From Pirellula staleyi DSM 6068 (GTDB lineage: Bacteria; Planctomycetota; Planctomycetia; Pirellulales; Pirellulaceae), in assembly GCA_945900945.1 (NCBI GenBank), contig CAMDKL010000006.1:6990-70989 (forward strand): a stretch of DNA of 64,000 nt, written 5' to 3'. The translations under genes and the position numbers were made by a program. Numbering within the stretch: the first letter of the stretch is position 1; every line of letters begins with the position of its first letter. The notes beneath the pieces were generated by a model that did no database searches, was not told where the DNA came from, and worked only from the letters and a program-made list of their open reading frames with translations. Positions 1 to 9,889 of the stretch are shown in pieces.

Positions 1-110
1 GCTAAACAATACTTGGGGAACAAAAACAACTTGCCGAAAAGTCATGTCAATAGCGAATTTCAACACCCCGGCGCTGGCCGACGGTTGCGATCGCAAGGGC
101 AACCCTCGCG

Positions 111-176
111 TCAACGCATTATGGCTAATGGATAATCCAAGCTAGCGTTCGCCGGTTCACGGAATCGCAAAGTGGT
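111..176 (+). repeat. Degenerate copy of dispersed intergenic REP/MITE-like repeat (family 1)
   Basis: aacgcattatggctaatggataatcc followed by gctagcgttcgccggttcacggaatcgcaaag; both parts match the copies at 23490-23592 and 46655-46752. Confidence 0.6.
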
Positions 177-232
177 CATTACTTAGTAGGCGAGCTAGAA
201 TCCACATTGTTGCACAATTATTGCGCATCACC

Positions 233-679
233 CTATGACGCATCACCCTCTGGGATTTCGACGGACCGTATCTTAATCATGGTCACTTGATTGCCGAGCT
301 CGTTAAAGAAAGCTTCGTTCATCAATTCGCGCATCAGCATGACACCGCGACCTCGCGGTTTGTCCAGTAGTTCTTCGACCGTTGGATCCGCAACGTTCCG
401 ATGATCGAACCCTGCACCTTCGTCGGTAATCTCCAACGTAGTTTTTTCGCCCGTAACATGAAAGACCAATCGAACTTTCTTGTCGAACTGACGCTTGTTG
501 CCATGCTCGATTGCGTTGACGACCGCCTCCTCGATCGCCATCTGGATTCGGAATAAGTCCATTCCTTGCCAGCCAGCGGCCCCTAATGCGGCCATGAGTT
601 CTTCGATGGCGGCGTGCCCAAGCTCTAAATCGCTTGGCAATATTTTATCGTAAGACCAATGTTCTTCAGCAGACGTCAT
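233..679 (-). CDS. Anti-sigma factor / Ser-Thr kinase (RsbW/SpoIIAB-like HATPase_c)
   Basis: EEAVVNAIEHGN (N-box), ITDEGAGFD (G1), GRGVMLMRELM (G2); adjacent to STAS gene. Confidence 0.93.
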   Translation of the reverse strand: MTSAEEHWSYDKILPSDLELGHAAIEELMAALGAAGWQGMDLFRIQMAIEEAVVNAIEHGNKRQFDKKVRLVFHVTGEKTTLEITDEGAGFDHRNVADPTVEELLDKPRGRGVMLMRELMNEAFFNELGNQVTMIKIRSVEIPEGDAS

Positions 680-699
680 GCTTGCACCCAGTGGATTGC

Positions 700-1059
700 C
701 TAGAGCTTGAACGCCGTGATTGCGTCCGCTTCCGTTTTTCTGAGGTCAAAAACACGATCCAGCCGGGTAATCGTAAAGACTTCCTTGATTTCCGCACGCA
801 AGCAACAGAGCTTTAATTTACCGCCAGCGGCTTTAACCTTGGAGTTTAGCGAAATCAGTTTGTTGAGGGCCGCACTCGACATGAACTCAACTCCGTCGAA
901 ATTGAGAAGGATCATGCCATGCTTATCGACCGTCACCAGAGAATTCATCTCTTCGCCCAATTGTTCAATACTGCCAGAGTCGACGATTTTCTTGTCGACA
1001 AATCGAACAACACAAACACCGCCACTATCGCCAACAGTAATTCGCCTATGGGTCGCCAT
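700..1059 (-). CDS. STAS-domain anti-sigma factor antagonist (RsbV/SpoIIAA-like)
   Basis: LLNFDGVEFMSSAALNKL (phospho-Ser motif) and EVFTITRLDRVF; co-oriented with the RsbW-like gene. Confidence 0.93.
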   Translation of the reverse strand: MATHRRITVGDSGGVCVVRFVDKKIVDSGSIEQLGEEMNSLVTVDKHGMILLNFDGVEFMSSAALNKLISLNSKVKAAGGKLKLCCLRAEIKEVFTITRLDRVFDLRKTEADAITAFKL

Positions 1060-1230
1060 TTCGATATTCTACCTCAAACCCTGTGTGAAAAAAGAACACC
1101 ATTGCCGTCGACTGCGGATTAAAACCAGTCAACTTGCACTATGTGTAGAGTAAACCAACCTGAGTAAACGAGCAATGAACCCTAGGCCTTGTCTGCGAAA
1201 CGATTCCAAAATTTCCTTAAATTTGGTGTT

Positions 1231-1971
1231 TTACTTCGTCTTTAACTGTTGATTCACCGCTGGATAAGCAGACTTTTCGTTGCCGCTGGACATCGGTTCA
1301 GAAATTTGAACGCCTGCAATCATCGCCAAAAGGAACGTAACAGCAAAATACATAGAGAAATGAAGCAATGCCTGGCCAAAATCCAGCTCCATCGCAGCCA
1401 AGGAACCAAGCGTTCCGACGACAAACATGATCACCAAGAAGACGACAAACTGAACCGAATCCACATCTGCCAAAGTCTTGTTCCCCATGTAATAAGCCAA
1501 AAACCAGTAAAGTCCCCAGGTGACCGAGAAAATCAAAGCGCAGACTCCAACCCTCGTCGAACGCTCTTTTCCAGAATATTCCTCCAGTTCGTCGTCGTGA
1601 AAGAACGAGTAGCCAACCCATGCCAGAGGAAACGCAAGCGCAAGAACCCCCAAAGCCGAGAGGTACCAAGGGGGCTCAGGAAATCCAACGCGAGCGAATA
1701 TTGCCATCGACAATGAAACGACACCCAATACAGCTGCAACAATGATTTCCTGGGAAGAAAGCTTGAATTCGGCTCTCTTAAGGGGTTTAAGAACCGAGAC
1801 TCCTTTGGAATCTTTGACACCTACGTCAGGCGCGCGGATGACCACTTCCTGATTCTTGTCGGGGACGACAAGGTCCTTCTTGCACTTAGGGCAAGGGCCT
1901 GTCTTTCCAGCGTACTTATCGCTAACGGTGAATCGTGACAGGCAGCCAGGACATGTTACTGAAATTGGCAT
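1231..1971 (-). CDS. Hypothetical membrane protein with N-terminal zinc ribbon
   Basis: CPGC...CPKC at N-terminus (typical planctomycete Zn-finger start MPISVTCP) followed by about 6 hydrophobic segments. Confidence 0.8.
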   Translation of the reverse strand: MPISVTCPGCLSRFTVSDKYAGKTGPCPKCKKDLVVPDKNQEVVIRAPDVGVKDSKGVSVLKPLKRAEFKLSSQEIIVAAVLGVVSLSMAIFARVGFPEPPWYLSALGVLALAFPLAWVGYSFFHDDELEEYSGKERSTRVGVCALIFSVTWGLYWFLAYYMGNKTLADVDSVQFVVFLVIMFVVGTLGSLAAMELDFGQALLHFSMYFAVTFLLAMIAGVQISEPMSSGNEKSAYPAVNQQLKTK

Positions 1972-2226
1972 TTGGGATTTTTTAAAGGTTGCTCGCAGAG
2001 TTCGCGCAATCGAAGAGATGGCCTACACATAGTTAAACACTCAGCGACCGGACTTGCAAGAAGCCGGAGCCTCAACCAAGTAGAAAATGTTGGTCGTTTG
2101 TAAACGCTTTCGTAATCCCTAATCCTTTCATCCGATCATCACGCGTTCGGAGGAACACAAACGAATTCAGGATCTATCGAGCTATCGCCCTTCGGCGGAT
2201 CAATAAATACCCTGTGAATAATCGGT

Positions 2227-3216
2227 CTAACCTATTGTCGGATTACCCGTCGGAACCTGTTGTTTCGCCCAGATTGCTGCCCCCATGGCACCCGCATCGT
2301 CGCCGAGCTTTGCCATTCTTATTTCGAACATACCCTCATAGCAATGCAGCACACTCCTTTTAACCGTTTGGGTCACTTCATCGAGGTAAATTTCGCTGAT
2401 GGATTCGACTAGACCGCCACCCAAAATAATAACTTCTGGGCAAAGCATGTGGACCATATTCGCAACTGCATATCCTACCGTTTGGGCCGCTTGCCTAACC
2501 ACGCGTTCAACCGATTTATCTCCGTCTCGAACGGCTGCCGCCAAGACTTTACTACGGATTTGGGAAACGTCAGTGCCAGCGGCACGCAACAGATTGGGTG
2601 CCTCGCCTCGATAAGCGAGCTTAACACACTCCGCAGCAATCGCCAATCGACTGGCCTCACTTTCAAGAGTGCCGGTCATCTCTGTACCGCTATTGCGATT
2701 GGAAGAGGTTATTCGCGTGTGTCCAATCTCCATCGCGGATGAACGCTTACCTCGTAAAATTTTTCCTTCGTATACAAAGCCGCCGCCGATCCCTGTTCCT
2801 GGAAAAATTCCGGCGACGCTACGAGCACCGATGGCTGCCCCGACGCAATACTCGCCATAAACACCTGCGTCAACGTCGTTAAGTACCGAAACCGGACAAT
2901 CCAGCTCGTCCTCGAGCATGGAGCCTAGGGAGACGTTTTTCCAGCCTAGGTTCACAGCTACATTGACAATTCCGTTGTCCATATCCACAGGTCCAGGGCA
3001 ACCGATACCAAGGGACTTTAGGCTTTCCAAAGGGAGGCTGTTTTCGGTCAATGTTTCACGAATCAATTCTGCGATCCGCAGTACGCCAGCTTGCGCTCCC
3101 TCCGTTCCCTTGGTTTTCTTGCGCTTCCTCGCAATAATTTTCTGCTTGTCGTCCAATAAGATGCAAAGCATCTTGGTGCCGCCCAAGTCAAATCCACATG
3201 AATACTGATTCTGCAT
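2227..3216 (-). CDS. ROK family sugar kinase (glucokinase-like)
   Basis: GFDLGGTK, GIGCPGPVD, VLNDVDAGVYGE, GTGIGGG, EIGH, LGDDAGAMGAA; start placed at ATG 3216 (MQNQYSCG), ORF track extends to 3315. Confidence 0.92.
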   Translation of the reverse strand: MQNQYSCGFDLGGTKMLCILLDDKQKIIARKRKKTKGTEGAQAGVLRIAELIRETLTENSLPLESLKSLGIGCPGPVDMDNGIVNVAVNLGWKNVSLGSMLEDELDCPVSVLNDVDAGVYGEYCVGAAIGARSVAGIFPGTGIGGGFVYEGKILRGKRSSAMEIGHTRITSSNRNSGTEMTGTLESEASRLAIAAECVKLAYRGEAPNLLRAAGTDVSQIRSKVLAAAVRDGDKSVERVVRQAAQTVGYAVANMVHMLCPEVIILGGGLVESISEIYLDEVTQTVKRSVLHCYEGMFEIRMAKLGDDAGAMGAAIWAKQQVPTGNPTIG

Positions 3217-3436
3217 ACTGATTCTCCTAGCGAATTCTGGAGTGAGCCGTCCGAACGCTCGATTGTTGAAGAGCAACCGATTATAGTCTAAGCTCGCAAA
3301 CTCGGCAGTGCACACACCGTTGCCTCGTGCAAAAGCCGAATCCTAATGACATTGGAACCATCCAAAACCTATTGCACGGCGAGCGATTAGTCCCATTAGA
3401 AAACTCTCCACTACAGATCTTGCTCTACTTCTATCG

Positions 3437-5950
3437 TTGCTCGTTTTCGCAAGCGTTTTGCAATCTAAAGCATTAACGGAGGAGCCCGTCGACTTCAATC
3501 GCGACATTCGTCCCATCCTGGCTGAAAATTGCTTTTACTGCCACGGCCAAGATTCAAATAAGCGACAAGCTGAGCTGCGACTCGATCTCAGAGAACTTGC
3601 CCTGCAATCAAGTGCCTTTGTACCAGGCAATGCCGCCGACAGTTCACTCATTGTGAGGATTCACTCAACCGATGTTGATGAGAAAATGCCTCCATCCAAG
3701 TCCAACCGAAAACTCTCGATCGATCAAATACAATTGCTCGAAAGATGGGTCGACCAGGGTGCGTCGTACTCGAACCATTGGGCCTTTATTGCTCCCGTTC
3801 GTCCAGGAGTTCCGAAAGTTCTGAAAAGCGATTGGCCGCGTACACCCATCGATCATTTCGTTTTATCGAAGCTCGAAGCGGAGGGTCTCACACCCTCCCC
3901 CGAAGCCGATCGAGCAACTCTCATCAGACGACTGTATATCGATCTAATTGGTTTGCCACCGACTCCCTCGCAGGTCGATGCGTTTGTTGCCGACAAAGAT
4001 TCCCAAGCGTACGAAAAACTCGTGGATCAACTCCTTGGCAATGAGCATTACGGTGAACGCATGGCCCTGGGCTGGCTAGACGCCGCCAGGTATGCAGATA
4101 GCAATGGCTTTCAACAGGATGGCGATACGTGGCAGTGGATATGGAGAGACTGGATCGTTCGAGCGTTCAACGCCAACCTGCCATTCGATCAGTTTACGAT
4201 TTGGCAACTCGCTGGTGACCTGCTCCCCAATGCGACCGACGATCAGAAGATTGCCAGCGGATTCAATCGCAACCATCTCCTCAACGGCGAGGGAGGAGCG
4301 ATTGCAGAGGAGCAGCGATTTGTCGTGCTATTCGATCGCATCGATACGACGGCCACCACATGGCTTGGACTGACGATGGCCTGTGCACAATGTCATGATC
4401 ACAAATACGATCCTGTCACTCAAGTCGACTACTATAGCTTGCTGGATGCGTTTAATCGCGTCCCTGAAACTGGAGTGCCGCAATTCTATTCGTCTCGCAT
4501 TCGCGTTGGAGCCCCATTCATCGAACTGCCGACAGAGGAAAATAAGTTCAAGTTCGCGGAGTTTGAATCGCAAATTGCTTCTCTCGAAAAGGACGCTGCA
4601 CCACTTGTGGATGCTTGCTACCTTGGCTGGCGTGCCGGACTATTTGCTGATGGAGAGCCATCCGATGCGAAAGGGTTACAGGCGTCGAGTATCAGCGTCT
4701 TAAAAAAACCCGAGGCGGAACGCTCCGACGACGAGAGGAAGTCACTAGAGAAAGAGCTGCGAAAATACTTCGATGACAAAATGCGTTCAACATTTAATGA
4801 CAAGATTTCGGTGCTTGGGAAATTGGCCGGAGTTCGAAAGCAATCTGCGGACTACAAAGCTAACCACTTGCCGCGAGTCATGGTGATGAGCGACGACAAG
4901 CCTCGCCAGTCCCATGTCCTTTCACGTGGTGAATACCTCAAGCCAGCGGACAAAGTGACGTTCAATACGCCAGCTTTTTTGCCACCTCTTTCAGCGGATG
5001 CGCCTCGCAATCGAATGGGCTTGGCACAATGGTTGATGGCCCCGGAACACCCGCTCACCGCTCGAGTGCAGATCAATCGGATGTGGCAAAATCTGTTCGG
5101 CATAGGCATTGTCAAGACCTCTGAAGACTTTGGGGTTCAAAGCGAGTTTCCAATTCATCTGAAGTTGCTTGATTGGCTATCCGTCGAATTTAGAGAGTCG
5201 GGTTGGGACATGAAGGCGTTGCAACGCCTCATACTCAACAGTGCTACCTATCGACAGTCAAGCCGTATGACACTCGATCTTCGAAATCGGGATATTGAGA
5301 ATCGACTGTATGGGCGAGCAAGTCGATTTCGAATGCCCTCACTTATCTTGCGTGATTGGTCTTTGTCTGCAGCGCAGCTATTGGATAATCGAGTTTCGGG
5401 CGCGCCAGTCTATCCCTATCAGCCCGACGGTATTTGGGAATCGCTGGCCATTACCAAGGAACGCGACTTTAGCTATCCAGCGTCGAGCGGCCATGATTTG
5501 TATCGACGCAGTCTCTACACGTTTTGGCGACGAACTGTCGGACCAGCGAACATGTTCGATGTCTCGAACCGTCAGACTTGCCGAGTGCGGCAAACAGCGA
5601 CGAGTACGCCACTGCATGCACTGACGACACTCAACGATCCAACATGGGTCGAGGCTGCTCGAGTTTTGGCAGAAAACAGCATGCACTATTCTACGTCGCT
5701 CTCAGATCAGCTCACCTACGCATTTCGCAACGTCTTGGGCCGAATTCCGCAGGAGAGCGATTTGGCTCACCTTCAAAATGCAATGCAGAAGCAATTCGCA
5801 TTTTTTTCAGACGACCCGACGGCAGCCCAAGCGTTCGTCGAAGTGGGAAATGCCTCGCGAGACAAGGCATTGGATTTGCCGACCCATGCGGCGTTGTCCG
5901 CAGTCTGCTTGGCGATATTGAACCTGGATGAAACGATGACGCGCGAGTAG
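3437..5950 (+). CDS. Planctomycete cytochrome c / DUF1549 / DUF1553 (PSCyt1-PSD1) protein
   Basis: VDFNRDIRPIL, CFYCHG heme motif, HWAF, YGERMALGWLDAARYADSNG, CAQCHDHKYDP, TPLHALTTLN. Confidence 0.95.
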   Translation: MLVFASVLQSKALTEEPVDFNRDIRPILAENCFYCHGQDSNKRQAELRLDLRELALQSSAFVPGNAADSSLIVRIHSTDVDEKMPPSKSNRKLSIDQIQLLERWVDQGASYSNHWAFIAPVRPGVPKVLKSDWPRTPIDHFVLSKLEAEGLTPSPEADRATLIRRLYIDLIGLPPTPSQVDAFVADKDSQAYEKLVDQLLGNEHYGERMALGWLDAARYADSNGFQQDGDTWQWIWRDWIVRAFNANLPFDQFTIWQLAGDLLPNATDDQKIASGFNRNHLLNGEGGAIAEEQRFVVLFDRIDTTATTWLGLTMACAQCHDHKYDPVTQVDYYSLLDAFNRVPETGVPQFYSSRIRVGAPFIELPTEENKFKFAEFESQIASLEKDAAPLVDACYLGWRAGLFADGEPSDAKGLQASSISVLKKPEAERSDDERKSLEKELRKYFDDKMRSTFNDKISVLGKLAGVRKQSADYKANHLPRVMVMSDDKPRQSHVLSRGEYLKPADKVTFNTPAFLPPLSADAPRNRMGLAQWLMAPEHPLTARVQINRMWQNLFGIGIVKTSEDFGVQSEFPIHLKLLDWLSVEFRESGWDMKALQRLILNSATYRQSSRMTLDLRNRDIENRLYGRASRFRMPSLILRDWSLSAAQLLDNRVSGAPVYPYQPDGIWESLAITKERDFSYPASSGHDLYRRSLYTFWRRTVGPANMFDVSNRQTCRVRQTATSTPLHALTTLNDPTWVEAARVLAENSMHYSTSLSDQLTYAFRNVLGRIPQESDLAHLQNAMQKQFAFFSDDPTAAQAFVEVGNASRDKALDLPTHAALSAVCLAILNLDETMTRE

Positions 5951-5960
5951 ATCTGACAGG

Positions 5961-6215
5961 AGTGGTTTGCAAACCCGACGACGAACAAGGTTGCCGTCTC
6001 CATGTCGATGCCGATCGCCCGTGTCTTAACGAAGTATTCTTTGAACACTTCGTCATGCTCCCACACTCGCCTGTTGGTGGTGAAAACCGTTCCTGTCCAA
6101 TAATCGAATCCCATCTTGGCCATCGCTGCGGATACCGATGCTTGCCGAATGCACTCAGCCCTCGGCCGATATAGCGTGGCAACCAATCTCGAACAATTTC
6201 TTCCTTTTCTTTCAT
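5961..6215 (-). pseudogene. amn: AMP nucleosidase (short Bacteroidota/PVC type) remnant with internal deletion and truncation
   Basis: MKEKEEIVRDWLPRYIGRGLSAFGKH (family N-terminus, AGGA RBS retained) joined out of frame near 6138 to FDYWTGTVFTTNRRVWEHDEVFKEYFVKTRAIGIDMETATLFVVGFANH (central catalytic region), which then breaks off. Confidence 0.82.
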
Positions 6216-6258
6216 CGACTCTTCCTACGCTCCCAATTCTAGGCCGTGACAAAGCGCA

Positions 6259-6312
6259 AACCGCGATAGCGAATGCAAACGTTTGCTAACGCGGCTAGCG
6301 CCTGCGGCTCAA
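6259..6312. repeat. Short REP-like motif (cgcggctagcgcctgcggctcaa) with degenerate inverted partner
   Basis: Same motif as 8329-8397, 19561-19629 and 53570-53636. Confidence 0.65.
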
Positions 6313-6359
6313 TCAAAATGCTATTAGGACCAAACAACTTAACCGTTTCAGCTTGTTCC

Positions 6360-8258
6360 TTACTTCTTGATTTCGACCAGTCCCGCTTCGGCTAGAAGCT
6401 TTTGCACTTCTTCCGATTTGCCGGTAACCTTCTCGGCGATTGCCAACGCTGCTTGCTTTGCGTCCTCTTTCAATTCGGAAACCTGCACTGCCTTGATCGC
6501 AATCTTAAGCATTTCGATATCCGGATAACGCTTAAGGATCTCAAGAACCATTTTCTGTTCGGCCGGCTGACGCGACGCTTCGAAGGCATTTTTGCACATG
6601 GCAACTCGCTCAGGCTGGTTCATTGCAAACTGCCTTGCAATCCGAATATATCCCTTCATTGCGCGGACTTGGAACTTGTCCGCAGGCCCATTTTTGGCCA
6701 AATCCAACAACACCGGGGCTGCGTCGATCGTCATCCAATCGCCAAGCAAACGACTACTAACATCTTTCAATTCAGGATCCGTGCTCTTGGCTGCGTTATT
6801 CATAGCTTGCAACGCGTTGGTTCCGCCAACGGCTGCGAGAATATCCAGCAATGCACTCTTCGTAGATACCGATGACGCCTCCAATGTCTTTACGATTTGA
6901 GCAGCGCAAGCCTCACGATCCGGCATGCGTATCGCAGCTGTCTTCAGAGCTTGCTGAGCTATTTCAAGGTCCTCTGCATGACCAGGTGCAGCCACTTGTG
7001 AAATTAGCACCGAGAGACTGTCTGCGGGAACGGTTGCGCCAAGCGACTTAAGTGCTGCGGCTCGTACCGAATTGTCTGAGTTTTTCAAAGCCTTGACGAG
7101 TTCCGTCGTTGCTTCGATACGTCTCTGACCTACGACTGCAATCAAAGCCAAAAGCAGTTTACCCTCGGCCTTTGGGAGTCGGCCTAAGATATCGTTGTTG
7201 ATGCTTTGATCGGGCAACGCTGCAAGGGCTGTCATTGCAGCCTCCGACAATTCCACATCCGTTTCGCCCGCGATTCCAAGGAGTGGTAAAACACAGGTTG
7301 CGTTACCTACGCGGCCAAGAGCGTTGATCGCTGACAATCGAACAAGTTTTGGGCCAACTCCAGAAGCCTTGACGATGGCAGGCAACGCGACGGTTTCTTT
7401 GCGATCCGCCATTGCTTGAATTACCAATGCAGCCCGATCTGGTGTTGCGAGCGCCAATTCGGCGGCCAAGGCAGTATCGACCTCGCGTCCCGAGAGTTCT
7501 CGCGCGGCTTTGAGTGCAACTTGGAAAAGCACTTTTTCGGAACTGCGAAGATTTTCCAGCAATAGCGGGATCCCGTCCTGCTTCCTTGCGAGAATGGCTC
7601 CTCGCGTCGCTTCCACAATCCTCTGCATCGGCACCTCCGCTTTGCGAACGTCGTCGTAAATTGCAGTTGCGAGGGTCGCGTTACCTTCTTGAAGCGATCG
7701 TTCAGCACAAAGGACACATCCCTCCGCCACGGCCGAACGCACGTTCACCGGTGCACTGACGATTGCTTTTCTAAGAATTTGAGTGGCGGCAGCGTTACCG
7801 ATTCGTCCGAGGGCAACAGCGGCAGCCGAAGCTACATCGGAATCTTTGTCCTTTAAACGAGCACTCATTGTTTCGACCGCACCTGCATCTCGTCGGACAC
7901 CCATCGAGTTGATTGTGCCGACAAGCAATCTTCCTTGCAAGGATTCACTGGCTTTACGCAGTGCTTCGTCGACTTTGGACCCGGGAATCGCTTCCAACGC
8001 GATTCTTGCCCAAGAGGCAAGTGAATCGTCGGACAATAACTTGGCAAGTTCCGGCGCAGCCTCAGCGGAGCCATAGATAGCCAAGCGTTTGCAAGCGATG
8101 GCTTTGTCCCCTGGAGGTGAGTCTGACTTGAGAACGCCGATCAGGTCGCTCTCCTTTTCCATGGTGGTGACCTGAGATATTCCAACACGACTCGTTGCGA
8201 ACGTAATCGCCATGTAGGTTGAAAGGAAAACTAGACCAAAACTTAAGCGTCTATTCAT
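6360..8258 (-). CDS. Exported HEAT/armadillo-repeat protein
   Basis: N-terminal hydrophobic signal; repeated SAAAVALGRIG / AINALGRVG / AALKSLG helical repeats. Confidence 0.88.
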   Translation of the reverse strand: MNRRLSFGLVFLSTYMAITFATSRVGISQVTTMEKESDLIGVLKSDSPPGDKAIACKRLAIYGSAEAAPELAKLLSDDSLASWARIALEAIPGSKVDEALRKASESLQGRLLVGTINSMGVRRDAGAVETMSARLKDKDSDVASAAAVALGRIGNAAATQILRKAIVSAPVNVRSAVAEGCVLCAERSLQEGNATLATAIYDDVRKAEVPMQRIVEATRGAILARKQDGIPLLLENLRSSEKVLFQVALKAARELSGREVDTALAAELALATPDRAALVIQAMADRKETVALPAIVKASGVGPKLVRLSAINALGRVGNATCVLPLLGIAGETDVELSEAAMTALAALPDQSINNDILGRLPKAEGKLLLALIAVVGQRRIEATTELVKALKNSDNSVRAAALKSLGATVPADSLSVLISQVAAPGHAEDLEIAQQALKTAAIRMPDREACAAQIVKTLEASSVSTKSALLDILAAVGGTNALQAMNNAAKSTDPELKDVSSRLLGDWMTIDAAPVLLDLAKNGPADKFQVRAMKGYIRIARQFAMNQPERVAMCKNAFEASRQPAEQKMVLEILKRYPDIEMLKIAIKAVQVSELKEDAKQAALAIAEKVTGKSEEVQKLLAEAGLVEIKK

Positions 8259-8328
8259 GATTTTTGTTCCGAAAGGTTTTTTTTAAGGTATCGCTGGGGC
8301 GGGATAGGCTAGCAGCCATTTTTTCGGG

Positions 8329-8397
8329 TTGAGCCGCAGACGCTAGCCGCGTTTAGAGTCGCAATTCAAGGCGTCGCGGCTAGCGCCTACGGCTCAG
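8329..8397. repeat. Inverted REP-like doublet (REPIN-like hairpin)
   Basis: ttgagccgcagacgctagccgcg ... cgcggctagcgcctacggctcag: two inverted copies of an approximately 23-nt motif. Confidence 0.8.
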
Positions 8398-8428
8398 TTT
8401 GACCACAATTCTTAGACTGGATAATGTC

Positions 8429-9718
8429 CTAAACTCGCCATGGCTCGCGCAACGCTTCCGAGCGCAAGCGATTGGCAGGTTCGTCGTTGATAAATTCGTT
8501 TTTAGCCAAGTCGTATTTGACCTGTCGATTTAAAAACAAAGCGATGTTGGCCGCATGGCATGCGATGTGCGCGTTGCAAGCCGCCAGTGCATTTCCCTTT
8601 GTCAGGCCTCGAGATTTCACGCAATCGATGAAGTCACGCACATGGAAAGTGGCTGGGTAACCACCAATTTCTTCGACCGTTCGGCCTGCAAGCAGTTCCG
8701 GCGAACTCAATACCAACTTGCCGCTGTCACCAGCCTCAACCCAGCCCGTTTCGCCTTCGAAGCGAACCGGGCAAGACCCTAGCGGAATCCAGCCTTTTTC
8801 ACGGAAGATCAACTCGACGCCGTTTTCGTAGCGAGCGACTAACTCCCCGTTGCTAGGAGCATTGTATTCAACCGGAGGTGGGCAATCGTCGACTGCCCAT
8901 TGACAAAGGTCCACGCAATGAGATCCCCATTCCAAAACACCACCGCCAACTAGGCCTCCACCCTTCTCGAAATTGAAACCATCCTTGAGCGTCTTCGTGT
9001 TGAATGGACGCCAAGCAGCTGGTCCCAAGTACATGTCCCAGTCAGCGATTTGCTTGTCGGGAGCGATTTCAGCCGGTAACCAACCGCTCATCATGGCTTG
9101 CATGCCAGCTGGATGTGCGTACACCTTCTTGAGCTTCCCAAGCTTTCCGGTTCGTGCCAGCTCACAAGCGAATGCAAAGTGAGGCAGGTTGCGTCTCTGA
9201 GTTCCAGCCTGGAAAACACGAGCGGTTCGTCGCATGGTATCGGCGAGAATGAGGCTTTGGGAAATGTTCTTAGTACAAGGCTTTTCACAATACATGTCCT
9301 TGCCAGCACGAGCTGCTTGCATCGACATCGTCGCGTGCCAATTTGGGCCAGTCGCAATCAGTACAGCGTCGATATCCTTGCGGTCAAGGAGCTCTCGAAA
9401 GTCGGCAAACATATCACAATCGAGTGTGCCATATTTGTTGTCAACCTTCTTTTTGACGTTGATGCGCTGCGATTGTTTAACGTCGCAAACCGCAACGAAT
9501 TGGACATCTTTCTGAAGCAAGAAGCAATCGAGGTCGTAGTTGCCTCGACCTCCGATTCCAATTCCTCCCACGACAACTCGCTCGCTAGGTGGGACTGCTC
9601 CGTCGCGGCCTATCGCCGAGCTTGGAATAATCGTTGGGGCCAGAACAGCTGCACCCGCTGCTGATATGGATGTCTTTAAGAAACGCCGCCGCTGTATTTG
9701 TTTTGCCTTCTGTGTCAT
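8429..9718 (-). CDS. Gfo/Idh/MocA oxidoreductase with Tat signal
   Basis: RRRFLKTS twin-arginine; GGIGIGGRG; IDAVLIATGPNWH; MYCEKP. Confidence 0.93.
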   Translation of the reverse strand: MTQKAKQIQRRRFLKTSISAAGAAVLAPTIIPSSAIGRDGAVPPSERVVVGGIGIGGRGNYDLDCFLLQKDVQFVAVCDVKQSQRINVKKKVDNKYGTLDCDMFADFRELLDRKDIDAVLIATGPNWHATMSMQAARAGKDMYCEKPCTKNISQSLILADTMRRTARVFQAGTQRRNLPHFAFACELARTGKLGKLKKVYAHPAGMQAMMSGWLPAEIAPDKQIADWDMYLGPAAWRPFNTKTLKDGFNFEKGGGLVGGGVLEWGSHCVDLCQWAVDDCPPPVEYNAPSNGELVARYENGVELIFREKGWIPLGSCPVRFEGETGWVEAGDSGKLVLSSPELLAGRTVEEIGGYPATFHVRDFIDCVKSRGLTKGNALAACNAHIACHAANIALFLNRQVKYDLAKNEFINDEPANRLRSEALREPWRV

Positions 9719-9889
9719 TGCTGCTCTCCAAACCCATGGTCGTAGGAATACCGCTAAACTGCCTGAATGCGTTCCAGGTCACCCTACAAGATGTTACCAT
9801 AGGTGAGGCGGATTTGCATGCTCGTGATCGACCGTCGGGGGCGAGAACCTAGTTTATCCACCCTAGAACCGTCCAAAAGCAAATAAATT

